Assembly (NCBI GenBank): GCA_963762145.1
Contig: CAVXJS010000010.1
Span: 256,001 to 320,000 of the forward strand
Direction of reading: 5' to 3'
DNA: 64,000 bases
Origin: an uncultured Candidatus Rokubacteria bacterium
GTDB taxonomy: Bacteria > Methylomirabilota > Methylomirabilia > Rokubacteriales > CSP1-6
Shown: positions 10,084 to 22,347 of the stretch, piece after piece
Layout: each line of letters opens with the position of its first letter
Numbering within the stretch: the stretch's first letter is position 1
The notes under the pieces: generated by a model
Told to the model about the DNA's origin: nothing
Seen by the model: only the letters and a program-made list of their open reading frames with translations
Database searches by the model: none
Translations under genes and position numbers: made by a program

Positions 10084-12009
10084 TTAGAGTGTGTCCGCTT
10101 GACGCTGGTGGCCCCCCGGCCACTCGTTCGGCAGCGCCGGGCGCGCCAGGGCTAGCTCCCTGACCGCCTCCGCCTCCCGTTGCAGGTCACGCAGCAGCGC
10201 GCGAAGCTCTTCCTCGAGCGCGGGCAGCGCCGGGTCCCCGGTGGCCTGGGCGAGAGTGACCGCCCGCTCCACCTGACGTACCCGGTGTTTGCGATGCCGG
10301 ATATGGTACCGCCTCTTTAGCTCTGCGACGTGACTATGTGTATCGCCCCACTTGCGGTCCTCGACCAGGAGGGCCGCCAGCAGCCCCCGCTCGCGATCCC
10401 CCGGCAGGTCGGCCATCAATGCCTCGGGCTGCGCGCCGGGTGTGCGCCGCAGGGCGGTCAGCACCAGGCGCAGCCCCGGGTGCGCCACGTCCTCATCCGC
10501 GAGCACGGGAAGGAGCTCGGCCCGCGCCTCATCGACTTGCAAGAGGAGGGCCACGAGATCCCGCTCGAACGGAACGGGCGGCGGCCAGGAATCCGATTCC
10601 CCGCTTCCGTGGCCCGATTGGGAAAGCTGTTCCGGCCGGCGACCCCGCGCGCGGGAGCCCTGCAGCTGCTGCGCCTCGATCCAGAGCTGGGTGGAGTCCA
10701 CGCCGAGCCGTCGGGCAGCCTCCCGCGCCAGCTCGGTGGCCTCCTCGGCATTGGCCACCTTGGAGAGGATCAGGGCCACGCGGGCGTGGGCATTGGCCCG
10801 GCCCCGCGCGGTGGTCAGGTCCTCGTCGGCGAATGCCTTCTCCATGACGAAGGAGAGCAGGGGGCGCGCCGCGTCGAGCCGCGTGGTGAGCGCGGCGGCG
10901 CCCTCGGCGCGCAGCAGGCTGTCCGGGTCGTGGCCGGCGGGGAGGAGCGCCACGCGGATCGGCAGGTGCCCCGCCTTCTCGAAGCCGCCGGTGCGCGAGA
11001 CGGACCAGCCCAGATTCTGGAGGTCCATCACGTCGTTCATCATCTCCTCGAGGCGCGAGGAGGCCTTCTGGCCCGCCGCGTCGGCGTCGAAGAGCGCCAC
11101 CACCTCGTCGGCGTAGCGGCGCAGCAGCCCGAGCTGGGCGGTCGTGAACGCGGTGCCGAGCGCGGCCACCGTCTCCCCGAAGCCGTGCTGGTGCGCCATG
11201 AGGCAGTCGAGGTAGCCCTCGACGATGATGGCGCGGCTCCGCTCCCGCATCGCGATCCGGGCCACGTCGAGCGCGTAGAGGATCTGGCCCTTCACGTACA
11301 GCGGCGTCTCCGGGGAGTTGAGGTACTTGGGCTCCTCGCCCGAGAGCGCGCGCCCGCCGAACGCCACCACGCGGCCCTGCACGTCACGGATGGGAAAGAG
11401 CAGCCGGCCGCGGAAGCGGTCGTAGAAGCCCGGCCCGTTCTGGCGCGCGAGGATGAGCCCGGCCTGCACCAGGACGTCCTCGCCGATGCCCTGCCGGGCC
11501 ATGACGCCCAGCAGCGCGTTCCAGCTCTCGGGCGCGTAGCCGAGTCCGAAGCGCTTCGCCACTTCCGGATCCACGCCGCGCTGCTCCAGGTACGCGCGTG
11601 CCTTCTCGCCTCCCGGTTCCCAGAGCGAGCGGGTGTAGAACTCGGCCGCGAGGGCCATCGCGCGCCGCAGCGCCTCGAGCTTGCCGTCCACCTCCGGTGC
11701 CCGCTGGCCCGCGTCGGGCAGGGCGACGCCGGCGCGGTCGGCCAGCGTGCGCACCGCTTCCGGGAACGCCACGCGCTCCTGGCGCATGAGGAAGCTGAAG
11801 GCGTCGCCACCCGCGCCGCAGCCGAAGCAGTGATAGATGTTCCGCTTCGGGTTCACGGTGAAGGAAGGCGTCTTCTCGGAGTGGAAGGGACAGAGGCCCT
11901 TCCAGTTCTCCCCGGTCCGCTTGAGCTTCACGACCTGGCCGACGATCTCGAGGATGTCGGCGCGGGAGCGGATCTCGTCGAGGAGCTGCTGGGAGTATCC
12001 GCCCGGCAT
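10084..12009 (-). CDS. dnaG: DNA primase
   Basis: CPFH...CFGC zinc finger, KYLNSPET, VEGYLD, FDADAAG. Confidence 0.98.
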   Translation of the reverse strand: MPGGYSQQLLDEIRSRADILEIVGQVVKLKRTGENWKGLCPFHSEKTPSFTVNPKRNIYHCFGCGAGGDAFSFLMRQERVAFPEAVRTLADRAGVALPDAGQRAPEVDGKLEALRRAMALAAEFYTRSLWEPGGEKARAYLEQRGVDPEVAKRFGLGYAPESWNALLGVMARQGIGEDVLVQAGLILARQNGPGFYDRFRGRLLFPIRDVQGRVVAFGGRALSGEEPKYLNSPETPLYVKGQILYALDVARIAMRERSRAIIVEGYLDCLMAHQHGFGETVAALGTAFTTAQLGLLRRYADEVVALFDADAAGQKASSRLEEMMNDVMDLQNLGWSVSRTGGFEKAGHLPIRVALLPAGHDPDSLLRAEGAAALTTRLDAARPLLSFVMEKAFADEDLTTARGRANAHARVALILSKVANAEEATELAREAARRLGVDSTQLWIEAQQLQGSRARGRRPEQLSQSGHGSGESDSWPPPVPFERDLVALLLQVDEARAELLPVLADEDVAHPGLRLVLTALRRTPGAQPEALMADLPGDRERGLLAALLVEDRKWGDTHSHVAELKRRYHIRHRKHRVRQVERAVTLAQATGDPALPALEEELRALLRDLQREAEAVRELALARPALPNEWPGGHQRQADTL

Positions 12010-12020
12010 CGGAAGTGGCC

Positions 12021-14472
12021 TCAGCCCTGGGTGAGCGTCGCGACGGTGGCGCCGGCGCCGCCCTCGGAGGACGCCCCCGGGCGGTGCTCGGCCACGAGGG
12101 GGTGGGCGCTCAGCAATTCCTCGACCGCCCGACGGAGGGCACCCGTGCCCTTGCCGTGGATGATGCGAACCGACGGGAGCCCGGCCAGGAATGCATCGTC
12201 GAGGTACTTTTCTAGCAGATCCCGCGCCTCATCGGTAGTCCGTCCTATGATATTCAGCTCCCCACCCACCGCGCTCTTGTCGGGGGTGGTGATTCGCCCC
12301 TCACCGCCGGCCCCCTCACCCTGCCCTCTCCCCCTTCGGGGGCGAGGGGACGTTTCACCCTCTCCCCGCCGGGGAGGGCTGGGGTGAGAGGCCACGTGCT
12401 ACGACGCGCACCGCCTGCATCGGCACCTTCACCGTCACCGCGCCGGCCTGCACCGTCACCGTCTCACCGTCCACGCCCAGCGCGTCCCCCTTGAGGCCGA
12501 GGTGCGTGATCTCGACGCGATCGCCCACGGTGACCGGGCCCGCCCCCTCCGGCTCTGGCCCGGTGGCCCCCGCAGTGTGCTCCACCTTCTGCGCAGTTTC
12601 CACCAGCCGCTTGCGCGCGCGCTCCAGCTCCGGCCGGCTCTTCTCGGCCCGCTTGAGCCGGTCCCACTCCTCGTTCACGTGGCGCCGAACCTCGGTGACC
12701 AGGCGCTGCGCCTCGGCCTTCGCGCGGGCGATGGTCTCCCGCGCGCTCGCGCGCGCGGTCTCGAGCTCGGCCTGCGCCCGCGCGAGCAGCCCCGCGCTCT
12801 CCGCCTCGCGCCGCTCGAGCAGCGCGCCGCGCTCGGCGTCCCGCCGATCCCGGTCGTCGAGGCGGGCCAGCAGCTCCTGGAGCTGTCGCTGCTGGGTGGA
12901 GCGGTGCCCGTGCGCCCGCTCGATGAGCGCGGCGGGCAGGCCGAGGCGGGCGCCGATGGAGAGCGCATAGCTCTGCCCCGGGCGATCGTAGACGAGCCGG
13001 AAGGTGGGGGCGAGCCGCTCGGGATCGAACTCCACCGAGGCGTTGCGGGCCCTCGGGTGGGTGGAGGCGAAACCCTTCAGCGGCTCGAGGTGGGTGGAGG
13101 CCACGACCATCGCGCCCCGGTCGGCCAGGTCCTCCAGCACCGCCTGGGCCAGCGCGGCGCCGTCGTCGGGATCGGTGCCCGCGCCCAGCTCGTCCAGGAG
13201 GACGAGCGAGCGGCCGTCCACGCGCTCGAGCACCTCGCGGAGCTGCTTGACGAACGCGGAGAACGTCGAGAGGTTCTCCGCCACGCTCTGCTCGTCGCCG
13301 ACGATCGCGAAGCACTGCGAGAACACGGGTAGCCGCGCGCCGTCCCGCGCGGGCACGTGGCAGCCCGCCTGGGCCATGAGCGCGAGCAGGCCCAGGGTCT
13401 TCATCGCCACCGTCTTGCCCCCCGCGTTGGGGCCGGTGATGACGAGCAGCGGCCGCTCGGCCGGGATCTCGATGTCCATGGGGACGACCGCTCGGCCGCC
13501 GTCGGCGCCTGCCCAGCTCTGGGCGAGTAGGATCGGATTCAGCGCGCCGCGGAGGACCACGTCGCGCTCGTCGGTGATCGCGGGCTCGACCGCGCCCATG
13601 CGCTCGGCGAGCGCGCCGCGGGCGAAGATCAGGTCGAGGCCGCCGATGCCCGCGACCAGGTCGTCGAGCTCGGGCAGCGCGGCCCGCACCGCGTCGGTCA
13701 GCGCGGCCAGGACGCGGAGGATCTCGGTCTCCTCCTCGCGCACGGCCTGGACGAGATCGTTGTTGGCCTCCACGACCGCCTCCGGCTCCACGAAGAGCGT
13801 GGCCCCGCTCTGCGAGCGGTCGTGGACGATGCCGCGCAGCCGGCTCCTGGCCTCCGCGCGGATCGGCAGGACGTAGCGGCCGTGCCGGACCGTGACGTAG
13901 CGCTCCTGGAACGTGGTGTCGGCGTTGGGCGCCCCGAAGTACGCCTCGAGCCGCTTCACGAGGTCGCGCCGCAGGGCGCGGATGGACTGGCGGACGCGGC
14001 GCAGCGCGGGCGAGGCTTCGTCGCGCACCTGGCCGTCGGCGTCGAGCGAGCGCCGGAGCAGGTCGGCCAGCTCGGTCTGCCGCGGGAAGCCCGCGAGAGC
14101 CGCCGCGAGATCCGGCGCCACCGGCTGGATGGCGCGGCCGTAGGCGAGCAGGCGCCCCGCCGCCTCCAGCAGCGGGATCAGCGCGGCGAGGTCGGCGGCC
14201 TCGGCCACCGAGCCCACCACGCGCGCGGTCTCGAGCGTGGGCCGCACGTCGGGGATGCCCTCCCAGGGGGGCACGCCGGTCTGGCCCATCGCCGCCCGGG
14301 CCTGGCCGGTCTCGCCGAGCGCGCGCCGGATCGCGCCGGGATCCGTGACGGGGAGCGTGGCGGTCGCCAGCTCGCGGCCCATCGGCGTTCGCGCTTCGCG
14401 CGCGAGGAGCGCCAGCACCTGCGGCCACTCGAGGCCGCCGCTGCCCGCGGAGAGCCGGAACGCGGGGCTCAT
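12021..14472 (-). CDS. mutS2: Endonuclease MutS2; ATPase part (14472-12355) and Smr domain (12395-12021) are in different frames
   Basis: ITGPNAGGKT, LSTFSA, LLDELGAGTDP; Smr IIHGKGTGAL...EGGAGAT. The frame change falls inside an inserted repeat doublet. Confidence 0.92.
12312..12391. repeat. REP-like repeat doublet inside mutS2
   Basis: cccctcaccctgccctctcccccttcgggggcgagggg plus inverted ccctctccccgccggggagggctggggtgagagg. Confidence 0.8.
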
Positions 14473-14485
14473 GCGCGCCGGGCCC

Positions 14486-15028
14486 TCAGCGGCGCTCCAC
14501 GAGGGCGAGCGCCTCGTCGGCGGCCTCGTCGCAGGCCGCCGCGATCGTCTCCTGCTCCTCGGGAAAGAAGGGCGAGAGCACGTGGTCGGAGACGCGATCC
14601 CGGTCCTCGCCGGGCCGGCCCGGCCGCCCGATGCCGATCTTGACGCGCCGGAGGTCGTTGGTGCCGAAGGCCGCGATCAGCGAGCGGACGCCGTTGTGGC
14701 CGCCCGCGCTGCCGGTGAGGCGCACCCGGACCTTGCCGAGCGGGAGATCCAGATCGTCGAAGACGATGACCACGTCGGCGGGTCCCAGGTGGAGCTTGCG
14801 CGCGAGGCGCGCCACCGGGGCGCCGGTGACGTTCATGAAGCTGCCGGGCTTGATGAGATAGAGGGGCTCGCCCTGCCAGCGGGCGGCGGCGACCGCGTGC
14901 CCGCTGTCGCGCTCGAAGCGCGTATGAATGCGATGGGCCAGCGCGTCGACGACGCGCTGGCCCACGTTGTGCCGGGTGTTGCGATATTCCGGGCCCGGAT
15001 TCCCCAGGCCGACGATGGCCTGGGCCAC
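14486..15028 (-). CDS. pth: Peptidyl-tRNA hydrolase
   Basis: VGLGNPG..Y..TRHNVG, DDLDLP, GGHNG. Confidence 0.97.
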   Translation of the reverse strand: MAQAIVGLGNPGPEYRNTRHNVGQRVVDALAHRIHTRFERDSGHAVAAARWQGEPLYLIKPGSFMNVTGAPVARLARKLHLGPADVVIVFDDLDLPLGKVRVRLTGSAGGHNGVRSLIAAFGTNDLRRVKIGIGRPGRPGEDRDRVSDHVLSPFFPEEQETIAAACDEAADEALALVERR

Positions 15029-15727
15029 CTACTTCTTCTTCTCGCCGCCCTTGTCCTTCGCGTCCGCCTCGGCGGCTTCCCCCTCCTTCGGCTTCCGCTC
15101 GGTGAGCACTTCCGGCTCGGCCGCCGTCGCTTCCGTCGTCACCGCGGCCACCACTGCCGTCTCCTCGGCCGCCGGCGGGGCGACCGTGACCACCGCCTGG
15201 TTCGGGTCGTTGAGGACGCGCACGCCCTCGGGCACCTTCAGGTCCTTGACGGTCAGCACGTCGTGGATGGCGAGGTTCGTGATGTCGGCCTCGAGGTACT
15301 CCGGGATGTTTCCGGGCAGGCAGGAGACCCGCACCTCGCGGAGCACCATCTCGAGGATGCCCTGGGTGTCCTTGACGCCGATCGCCTCGCCGACGTGGTG
15401 CACCGCCACCGTGACCTGGATGGCGCGGTCCATCGCCACTTCCTGCAGGTCCACGTGGATGAGATTCTCCGAGACCGGATCGAACTGCATGTCCCGGATG
15501 ATCGCCATCTTGGCGTCGGTGGTCCCCTCGAAGGTCACCCGGAACAGCTGGGTGCTGCCCTCGTGGCCGTGGATGAGGCGGAGCACGTCCTTGGGGGTCA
15601 CCGCCACGTTCACCGGGCTCGCGCCGCCGTAGAGGGTCGCCGGGACCTGGCCCGCGGCGCGCAGGCGCCGGGCGGGGCCCTTGCCGGTGCCCTCGCGCTT
15701 CCGGATGGTCAACTCACGCATGTCCAT
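15029..15727 (-). CDS. rplY: 50S ribosomal protein L25/CTC
   Basis: GKGPARRLR...VPATLYG, HVDL, long CTC C-terminal domain; prs-rplY-pth synteny. Confidence 0.96.
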   Translation of the reverse strand: MDMRELTIRKREGTGKGPARRLRAAGQVPATLYGGASPVNVAVTPKDVLRLIHGHEGSTQLFRVTFEGTTDAKMAIIRDMQFDPVSENLIHVDLQEVAMDRAIQVTVAVHHVGEAIGVKDTQGILEMVLREVRVSCLPGNIPEYLEADITNLAIHDVLTVKDLKVPEGVRVLNDPNQAVVTVAPPAAEETAVVAAVTTEATAAEPEVLTERKPKEGEAAEADAKDKGGEKKK

Positions 15728-15758
15728 GACTCAGCTCCTTCAGGTGAAAGATTGGCTC

Positions 15759-16700
15759 TTACACGAAGAGGGTCGAGACGGATTCCTCGTCGTGGATGCG
15801 ACGGATCGCCTCCGCGAGCAGCGGGGCGACCGAGAGAACGCGGATCTTGGACAGCTGCCGCTCGGGCGTCAGCGGAACCGTGTTCGTGATGATGACTTCC
15901 TCGAGCACCGACTCCTTGATGCGGTCGATGGCCGGGCCGGAGAGCACGCCGTGCACCGCGCAGGCGAGGACGCGGCCGCGCGCCCTCGCGGCTGGAGCGC
16001 GTCCACCGCCTGGATCAGCGTGCCCGCGGTGTCGATCATGTCGTCGACGATCACGACGTCCTTGCCCTTGACGTCGCCGATGAGGTGCATGAACTCGGCG
16101 ACGTTGTTGCCCTCGCGCCGCTTGTCGATGATGGCGAGGCCCGCCTTGAGCCGCTTGGCGAGCGCGCGGGCGCGCTCCACGCCGCCCGCGTCCGGCGAGA
16201 CCAGCACCGGGTCGTTCAGGTCCTTCTTGGCCAGGTAGTCGATGATCACCGGGGGCGCCGCGAAGAGGTGGTCCACCGGGATGTTGAAGAAGCCCTGGAT
16301 CTGCCCGGCGTGCAGGTCGACCGCGAGCAGGCGCTGCGCGCCGGCCGCGGTGAGGAGGTCGGCCACCAGCTTGGCCGTGATCGGCATGCGCGGCTGCACC
16401 TTGCGGTCCTGGCGGCCGTAGCCGTAGTAGGGCAGCACCGCGGTGATGCGCCGGGCCGACGCGCGCTTGAGCGCGTCGATCATGACGAGCAGCTCCATCA
16501 GGTGATCGTTCACCGGGCGGGCACGTGGGCTGGATCACGAAGACGTCCTGGCCGCGGACGTTCTCGTTGATCTGCACGTAGACCTCGCCGTCGGAGAAGC
16601 GCGAGACGTCCGCGTCGCCCAGCGGGAGCTGAAGCGTCTTGGCGATCTCCTCCGCGAGCGGGCGGTTCGCGTTGCCGGAGAAGAGCTTCAGCTCGTACAT
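15759..16700 (-). CDS. prs: Ribose-phosphate pyrophosphokinase (compensating indels near 16515 and 15990)
   Basis: FSDGE...[47 protein letters not shown] across two frames. Confidence 0.95.
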   Translation of the reverse strand: MYELKLFSGNANRPLAEEIAKTLQLPLGDADVSRFSDGEVYVQINENVRGQDVFVIQPTCPPGERSPDGAARHDRRAQARVGPAHHRGAALLRLRPPGPQGAAAHADHGQAGGRPPHRGRRAAPARGRPARRADPGLLQHPGGPPLRGAPGDHRLPGQEGPERPGAGLAGRGRRGARPRARQAAQGGPRHHRQAARGQQRRRVHAPHRRRQGQGRRDRRRHDRHRGHADPGGGRAPAARARGRVLACAVHGVLSGPAIDRIKESVLEEVIITNTVPLTPERQLSKIRVLSVAPLLAEAIRRIHDEESVSTLFV

Positions 16701-16743
16701 GTCATGACCCCGTCTCCCTTGACTGACGTTCGCGCTCTTCTTG

Positions 16744-16780
16744 CTTGTATCCGCTCGGCTCGCCTTCGGCTGCGCCTCGC
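16744..16780 (-). repeat. About 36-nt element in the tRNA 3' trailer (copy 2)
   Basis: Near-identical to 8065-8100, in the same orientation and at a similar distance 3' of a tRNA. Confidence 0.7.
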
Positions 16781-16819
16781 CAGGCCACTGCGGCTCGGCG
16801 CGCCACGATCCGCGGCGTT

Positions 16820-16893
16820 TGGCTGGGGCGGGAGGAATCGAACCTCCATTGCGGGGGCCAAAGCCCCGAGTCCTGCCACTGAACGACGCCCCA
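16820..16893 (-). tRNA. tRNA-Gln(TTG)
   Basis: TGGGGCGTCGTTCAGTGGCAGGAC...CTTTGGC...GGTTCGATTCC...GCCA; ispE-tRNAGln-prs synteny. Confidence 0.95.
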
Positions 16894-16911
16894 GTGGAAA
16901 CCCGTTCAGGT

Positions 16912-17787
16912 TCATCGCGTCACCCGGATCGCGGGGCCGGAGTTGGTGCGGACCGCCCAGCAGGCCCAGCCCGCCCGGCTCACCCGCGATGCGGATCTGC
17001 CGCGCGTGGTCCAGGGACCGCGCCATCCCGAACACGGTCGGGCCGCTGCCCGACATGATCGCTCCGAGCGCGCCCGCCGCCAAGAGGGCCGCCTTCATGC
17101 GGCCGATCACGGGCAGCACCGGCTCGACCACGCGCTCCAGATTGTTCGTCAGCGCCGCCGCTACCTTGTTCACGTTCCGCGTCCTCAACGCCTCGATCAC
17201 CCGCTCCGTGCCCGTGGGCTCGGCCCGCCAGCCTGCCGGAACCCGCCCGTACACCTCTGCCGTGGACAGCGGGACGCGGGGGTTCACCAGCACGAGCGCG
17301 TAACCGCCGCCCGCCGGGCAGCACGGTCAGCTGCTCGCCGCGCCCGCGTGGCCACCGCGCGCCCCGTGCCCAGGAAGAACGGCACGTCCATGCCCAGCTC
17401 CACCGCCAGCTCCGAAAGCCGCGCCCTGGGCCAGCGAAGCCGCCACAGCCGGTTCAGCCCCCAGAGCGTCGCGGCCGCATCGCTCGATCCCCCGCCCAGC
17501 CCCGCCGCCACCGGGATGCGCTTGGTCAGCCGGATCCGAGCTCCGGCCTCGATCCCCGCCGCCTTCTGGAGCAGCCGGGCGGCGCGCATCACCAGGTTGC
17601 CATCGTCGGTGGGCAAGTCGGGATCGTCCGTGTGGAGCGAAAGGGTGTCGGCCGCTTCCAGCTTCAGGCGATCGAACAGGTCCACCGCCTGCAGCACCGT
17701 CGCGATCTCGTGATACCCGTCGCCCCGCTTGCCCAGCACCTCGAGGGCCAGGTTCACTTTGGCGGAGGTGCGAAGCACCACCTCCAT
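16912..17787 (-). CDS. ispE: 4-diphosphocytidyl-2-C-methyl-D-erythritol kinase (frameshifted)
   Basis: [44 protein letters not shown] across several frames. Confidence 0.93.
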
Positions 17788-17845
17788 GCTGCCCCGTGAC
17801 CGCTTCGACAAGGCGACGTAGGCTACCATGCGGTGCGAAAGAGTG

Positions 17846-18610
17846 TCAACGGAAGTCTTGGATTTTAACGTGTTCCGGGACAGTCGGCTTCAGCAGCGCG
17901 GGGTCGAGCCCCGTGTTCATCCGCGGGTCTCGGTAGGCCACCGTGACGCGCAGCGCCCCGTCCGGCGTCTCGAGCCTGAGGCCGGCGGGCGGGGCGTCCG
18001 GCGGCGTCGGGGTGAACGTCACCCGCGCGGGATTCTTGCCGGTCCACTCGACCTGCTTCGCCTGTCCGCTGGCGGGGTCGAACCAGATGCGCTGCTCGAC
18101 GTCGCGCCCGGCGAGCCGGAGCGACGGGCCGATCTCGTCGGGGGCGACCAGCTCCCCCGGGTCGGGTCCGGCAGCGGTCGGGCGCGCCCCGCGAGCAGCG
18201 CGACGAGATCCTCGCCGCCCAGCGCCAGGCCGAGCCACCGCCGGTTGGCGTCCGGCGAGGCGGGCGCGATGTACGCGCGGTTGTCAGCACCTCCCAGAGC
18301 GTGACGGACTGCGGGTCGCCGGCCACGATCAGACCGGCGTGCCGAACGGGGAGAGGGCCTCGAACCGGAGCGAGGCGGGCTCCCGCAGGAGCAGCATGAC
18401 GCCGGAGAGGCGCTGGGCGCGCCCGCTGCGGCGCGAGCTGAGTCGACCAGCGATGCGCAGGTCGACCAAGAGCGGCGATGCTGCTCGAGTGCGCGGCGAG
18501 CGGCCGCGCGGGCGTCCTCGGCGATGGGCGTCGGCGCGGGCGCCGGAGGGACGGTGGCGCACGCGGACAGCCCGACGGCGAGCAGGAGGCCGCCGGCCAG
18601 GCGGAGCCGG
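17846..18610 (-). CDS. LolB/DUF4292-like lipoprotein (frameshifted; start uncertain)
   Basis: Lipobox LSAC, LRFEALSPFG motif, position between TPR gene and ispE. Confidence 0.6.
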
Positions 18611-20390
18611 CTACTTCTGCTCGGCCTTGGGCGGCGCCACCCTTGGCCCGGAGCTGCTTCTCCCGCGCGTCCCGGATCTTGTTCCTCACCGCGTGGGCGA
18701 TGCGGCCGTCCTTGTCCACCTGGAGGGCCTTCTCCCACGCCTCGATCGCCTCGCTCGACCTTGTCGTTCTTCAGGTAGGCGTCGCCGAGGTGGTCGAAGA
18801 TCACCGGGTCGTCCTTGGCCCGGTCGGCCGCGCGCTGCAGCTCGCGCAGGGCCTCCGGGTAGCGGCCCTGCTGGTAGTAGACCCAGCCCAGGCTGTCGAT
18901 GAAGTAGCCGTTCTCGGGCTCGAGCGCGAGCGCGTGCTGGACCAGCTCGAGGGCCTCGGTCAGGTTCGTGCCCCGCTCCGCGTACATGTAGCCGATGTAG
19001 TTGTAGGCCTCGGCGTGCTTGGGATCGATGGCGATGCACGCGGCGGAACGAGCTGATGGCGTCGTCGGAGCGCTGCTGCTTCTCGCGCACCACCCCGAGC
19101 TGGAAGTGGAGGTCGCTGTTCTTGTCGTCCACGCGAGAGCCCTTCCTGCAGCACGTCGGCGGAGCGGTCGTACTGCTGGCGCGGTAGAGCGCGGTGCCGA
19201 GGTAGAGGAAGAGCTCGGGCGCTTGGGCTCGATGTTGACCGCCTCGCGCAGGACGCGCACCGCGTCGTCGTGGCGCTTGGCGCGGCCGTGGAGGAAGCCG
19301 AGCTGCACGCGCGCGTCCACCGAGCGGGGATCGGCGGCGATGATGCTGCTCGAGCTCGCTGCGCGCCTCGTCGTCCTTGCCCGCCTCCATCAGCGTGGTG
19401 GCCAGGAAGTAGCGGGCGCGCAGGTTGCCGGGCTCGAGCGACGACGGCCCGGCGGAACGCGGCGACCGCCTTGTCCCACTCCTTCTGCTCGTAGTGGAGC
19501 GCGCCCAGCTTCATCCACACCCGCGGGTCGCGCGGGGCGGCCTCGGTCAGCGCCTCGATCTCGCTCTGCGCCTCCTTGAGCGGCCGAGCCGGATCGAGCA
19601 GGTCGCCCAGGCGCTCGACGAAGGCGGGATTGTCCGGGTTGGCCCGAGCGCGTCCTTGTAGACCGCGACCGCCTCGTCGGGCTTGCTTCTGGTTCTCGTA
19701 GACGAAGCCGAGCGCGGTCCACGCGCCGTCGTTGTCGGGGTCGAGCTCGACGGCGCGCCGGAGGCTGCACGATGGCCTCGGCCCAGCTCTCGTTCTCGAT
19801 GCCGATGCGCCCGAGCAGGTAGTGGCCCTGCGAGAGATTCGGGCGCGCCTCGACGAGCCGGCGCAGCACCGCGCGTGCCTTGTCGTAGCTCTTCTGCTCG
19901 AAGTGGTGCTGGGCGAGGGCGAGGTAGCCGTCGGGGGTCTGCGGGTGCGAGCGCGATCGCCCGCTCCAGCTCGGCCTCCGCCTCGGGGAGCTGGCGCTGG
20001 CGCCGGTAGAGGTCGGCCAGCGTCATGTGCGCGCTCGCGGTTCTTGGGCTCGAGCGCGACGGCCTTCTGCGCGGCGGTCGAAGGCCCGGCGGTGTGCGTT
20101 GATCCGCGATCAGCCACTGCGCGAGCTGGATCTAGAGGCGGCGGTGTTCGGGATCGTACTTGATCGCCTCGCGCAGCTGGGTGATCGCCTGCGGCAGGCG
20201 GCCGCGCGCGCGCCTGGAGCTGCGCGACGCGTAGTGGTCGTAGGCCTCGGCCCTGGCCGCTCGACCGGCCGGCGCGCCCGGCGGGCCGATCGTGACGGTC
20301 TGGGACTCGGCCGGGCCCGTCTGCGCGGTGGCGCAGCCGTGCGAGCGCCCGCCGACCACGAGCAGGAGCGCCAGTGAGCCCGCACGCCCC
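18611..20390 (-). CDS. Multi-TPR lipoprotein (many frameshifts; start approximate)
   Basis: AEAYNYIGYMYAERG, PENGYFIDSLGWVYY, DPVIFDHLGDAY fragments; N-terminal GCATA lipobox. Confidence 0.8.
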
Positions 20391-20863
20391 GGCGGCGCGG
20401 ATCAGGCCCTTGGCCATGATGCGCGCGGACGGTGGAGGCGAGCGCCTCGTCGCGCATCGGGGCGGCCGCCCCTTCCACCAGCGGCCAGCTCGTCGGCGTC
20501 GAGCCGGAGCGGAGGCGCGGGCGGTGGCGCGGCGGGCGGTCGGCGGTGCAGCGCGCCGGCGCGGGCGCCGCGAGGCTGAGCGCAGCGCGGTGACGGTCGG
20601 TGCCGTAGCGGGCGCGGAGCGCCGCGAGCGACTTCCGCGGATCGCATGGACAGCTCCTGGAGCCACGGGGAATTGTCGACCCGCACCTCGAGCGTGCCGG
20701 CCCGCAGATCGCCGGGCCGGGTGCGAGGGCCAGCGCGGCGCCGACCGCGCCGCGCCAGCCCTGGCGGATGCGTCAGCTCGAGCAGGCGCTCTTCGAGCGC
20801 GGGCACCGCGGCGGTGAGCAGGTCCGCCACGCGGAGCGGGAACGAGGAGCGGCCTGAGCGCAT
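20370..20863 (-). CDS. DciA/DUF721 family protein (frameshifted; end approximate)
   Basis: LRVADLL...W......RTRP..LR.GTLEVRVDNSPWLQELS pattern of DUF721. Confidence 0.7.
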
Positions 20864-20968
20864 CGTGGGTCCATGATACTTGAGCCGGGTATGCCACTCG
20901 CCACGCTTGAACGCACGTCGGGCGGCAAATTGACTCAGATCGTACGCGACACTTATAGTGTCGCTACC

Positions 20969-22347
20969 ATGGCGCGACCGAAACGCGGCGAGATTCTGTC
21001 CATGACGATCGACGACCTCGCCTTCGGAGGCGAAGGCGTCGGCCGCGCCGACGGCTACGTCGTGTTCGTGCCGGGCGGCCTGCCCGGCGATCGCCTGCGG
21101 GTCCGGCTCGTGCAGGCGCGCGCCGCGCTTCGGCCGCGGCGTCATCGAGGCCATCGAGGAGCCCTCGCCGCAGCGCGTGCGACGCGCCGTGCCCATACTT
21201 CGGGCGCTGCGGCGGCTGCCGCCTCCAGCACATGGCCTATCCGGCCCAGCTCGCCTTCAAGGCCAAGCAGGTGGCGGACTGCGCTGGAGCGCCTCGGCGG
21301 CCTCGGCGCGTCGAGCTCCGGCCGATCATCGGCGCGCCCGCGACCTTCGGGTACCGCAACAAGATGGAGTTCACGGTGGCGCGGCGCGCGACGGAGCCGC
21401 TCGTGGTGGGGCTCCACGAGGCCGAGCGCTACGACGCGGTGCTCGACATCGAGCGCTGCCTGCTCCAGTCCGACCGCATGAACGCCCTGCTCGGCGAGGC
21501 GCGCGCGCTTCTTCGTCGAGCGCGGCGCTCACCGTCTACGACCAGGACAGCGGCGAGGGGCTGCTGCGCTTCCTGATGCTGCGCGAGGGCACCGACACCG
21601 GCGAGACTCATGGCCAACGTGGTCACCTCCGCGCCCGCGGTGTCCGAGCTGGCCCCGCTCGCCGCGCGGCTGCAGCGCGCGCGTGCCGGGGACGACCAGC
21701 GTGGTCATGAACGTGAACCCCAAGAAGGCCAGCGTGGCGGTCGGCGTCGAGGAGCACCTGCTGGGCGGCCGCGACCACATCCGCGAGGGCATCGGCGGGC
21801 TCACCTTCCAGGTCTCGGCGAGCTCGTTCTTCCAGACCAATACCCGACAGGCCGAGCGGCTCTTCGAGCTCGTGCTCGAGGCGGCCGGCCTGACCGGGAC
21901 CGAGACGGTCTGCGATCTCTACTCCGGCACGGGCGCGATCAGCCTGCTCCTGGCCCGCCGCGCCGGTGGGTCTACGGCATCGAGGTGGCGCAGGCCGCGG
22001 TGGACGACGCGCGGCGGAACGCGGCGGCCAACGGGATCACCAACTGCACGTTCGTGTGCGGGCGAGGTGCGCTTCGTGCTGCCCGCCCTGATCGCGAAGG
22101 GCGTGACCGCCGAGGTGGTGGTGGCCGATCCGCCGCGCGCGGGGTTCCATCCCAAGGCGCTCGCCGCGCTCGTCGCGCTGGCGCCCGCCGCATCGTCTAC
22201 GTGTCGTGCAACCCCACCACGCTCGCCCGCGACCTGGGCGAGCTGGTGCGCGGCGGCTACCGGCTCGAGTGGGTGCAGCCGGTCGACATGTTCCCGCACA
22301 CCCCGCACATCGAGGCGGTGGCCCGGCTGGAGCGCGTGGGCTCGTGA
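20969..22347 (+). CDS. rlmD: 23S rRNA m5U1939 methyltransferase (frameshifted)
   Basis: TRAM domain, [10 protein letters not shown] Fe-S motif, [43 protein letters not shown]. Confidence 0.93.
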
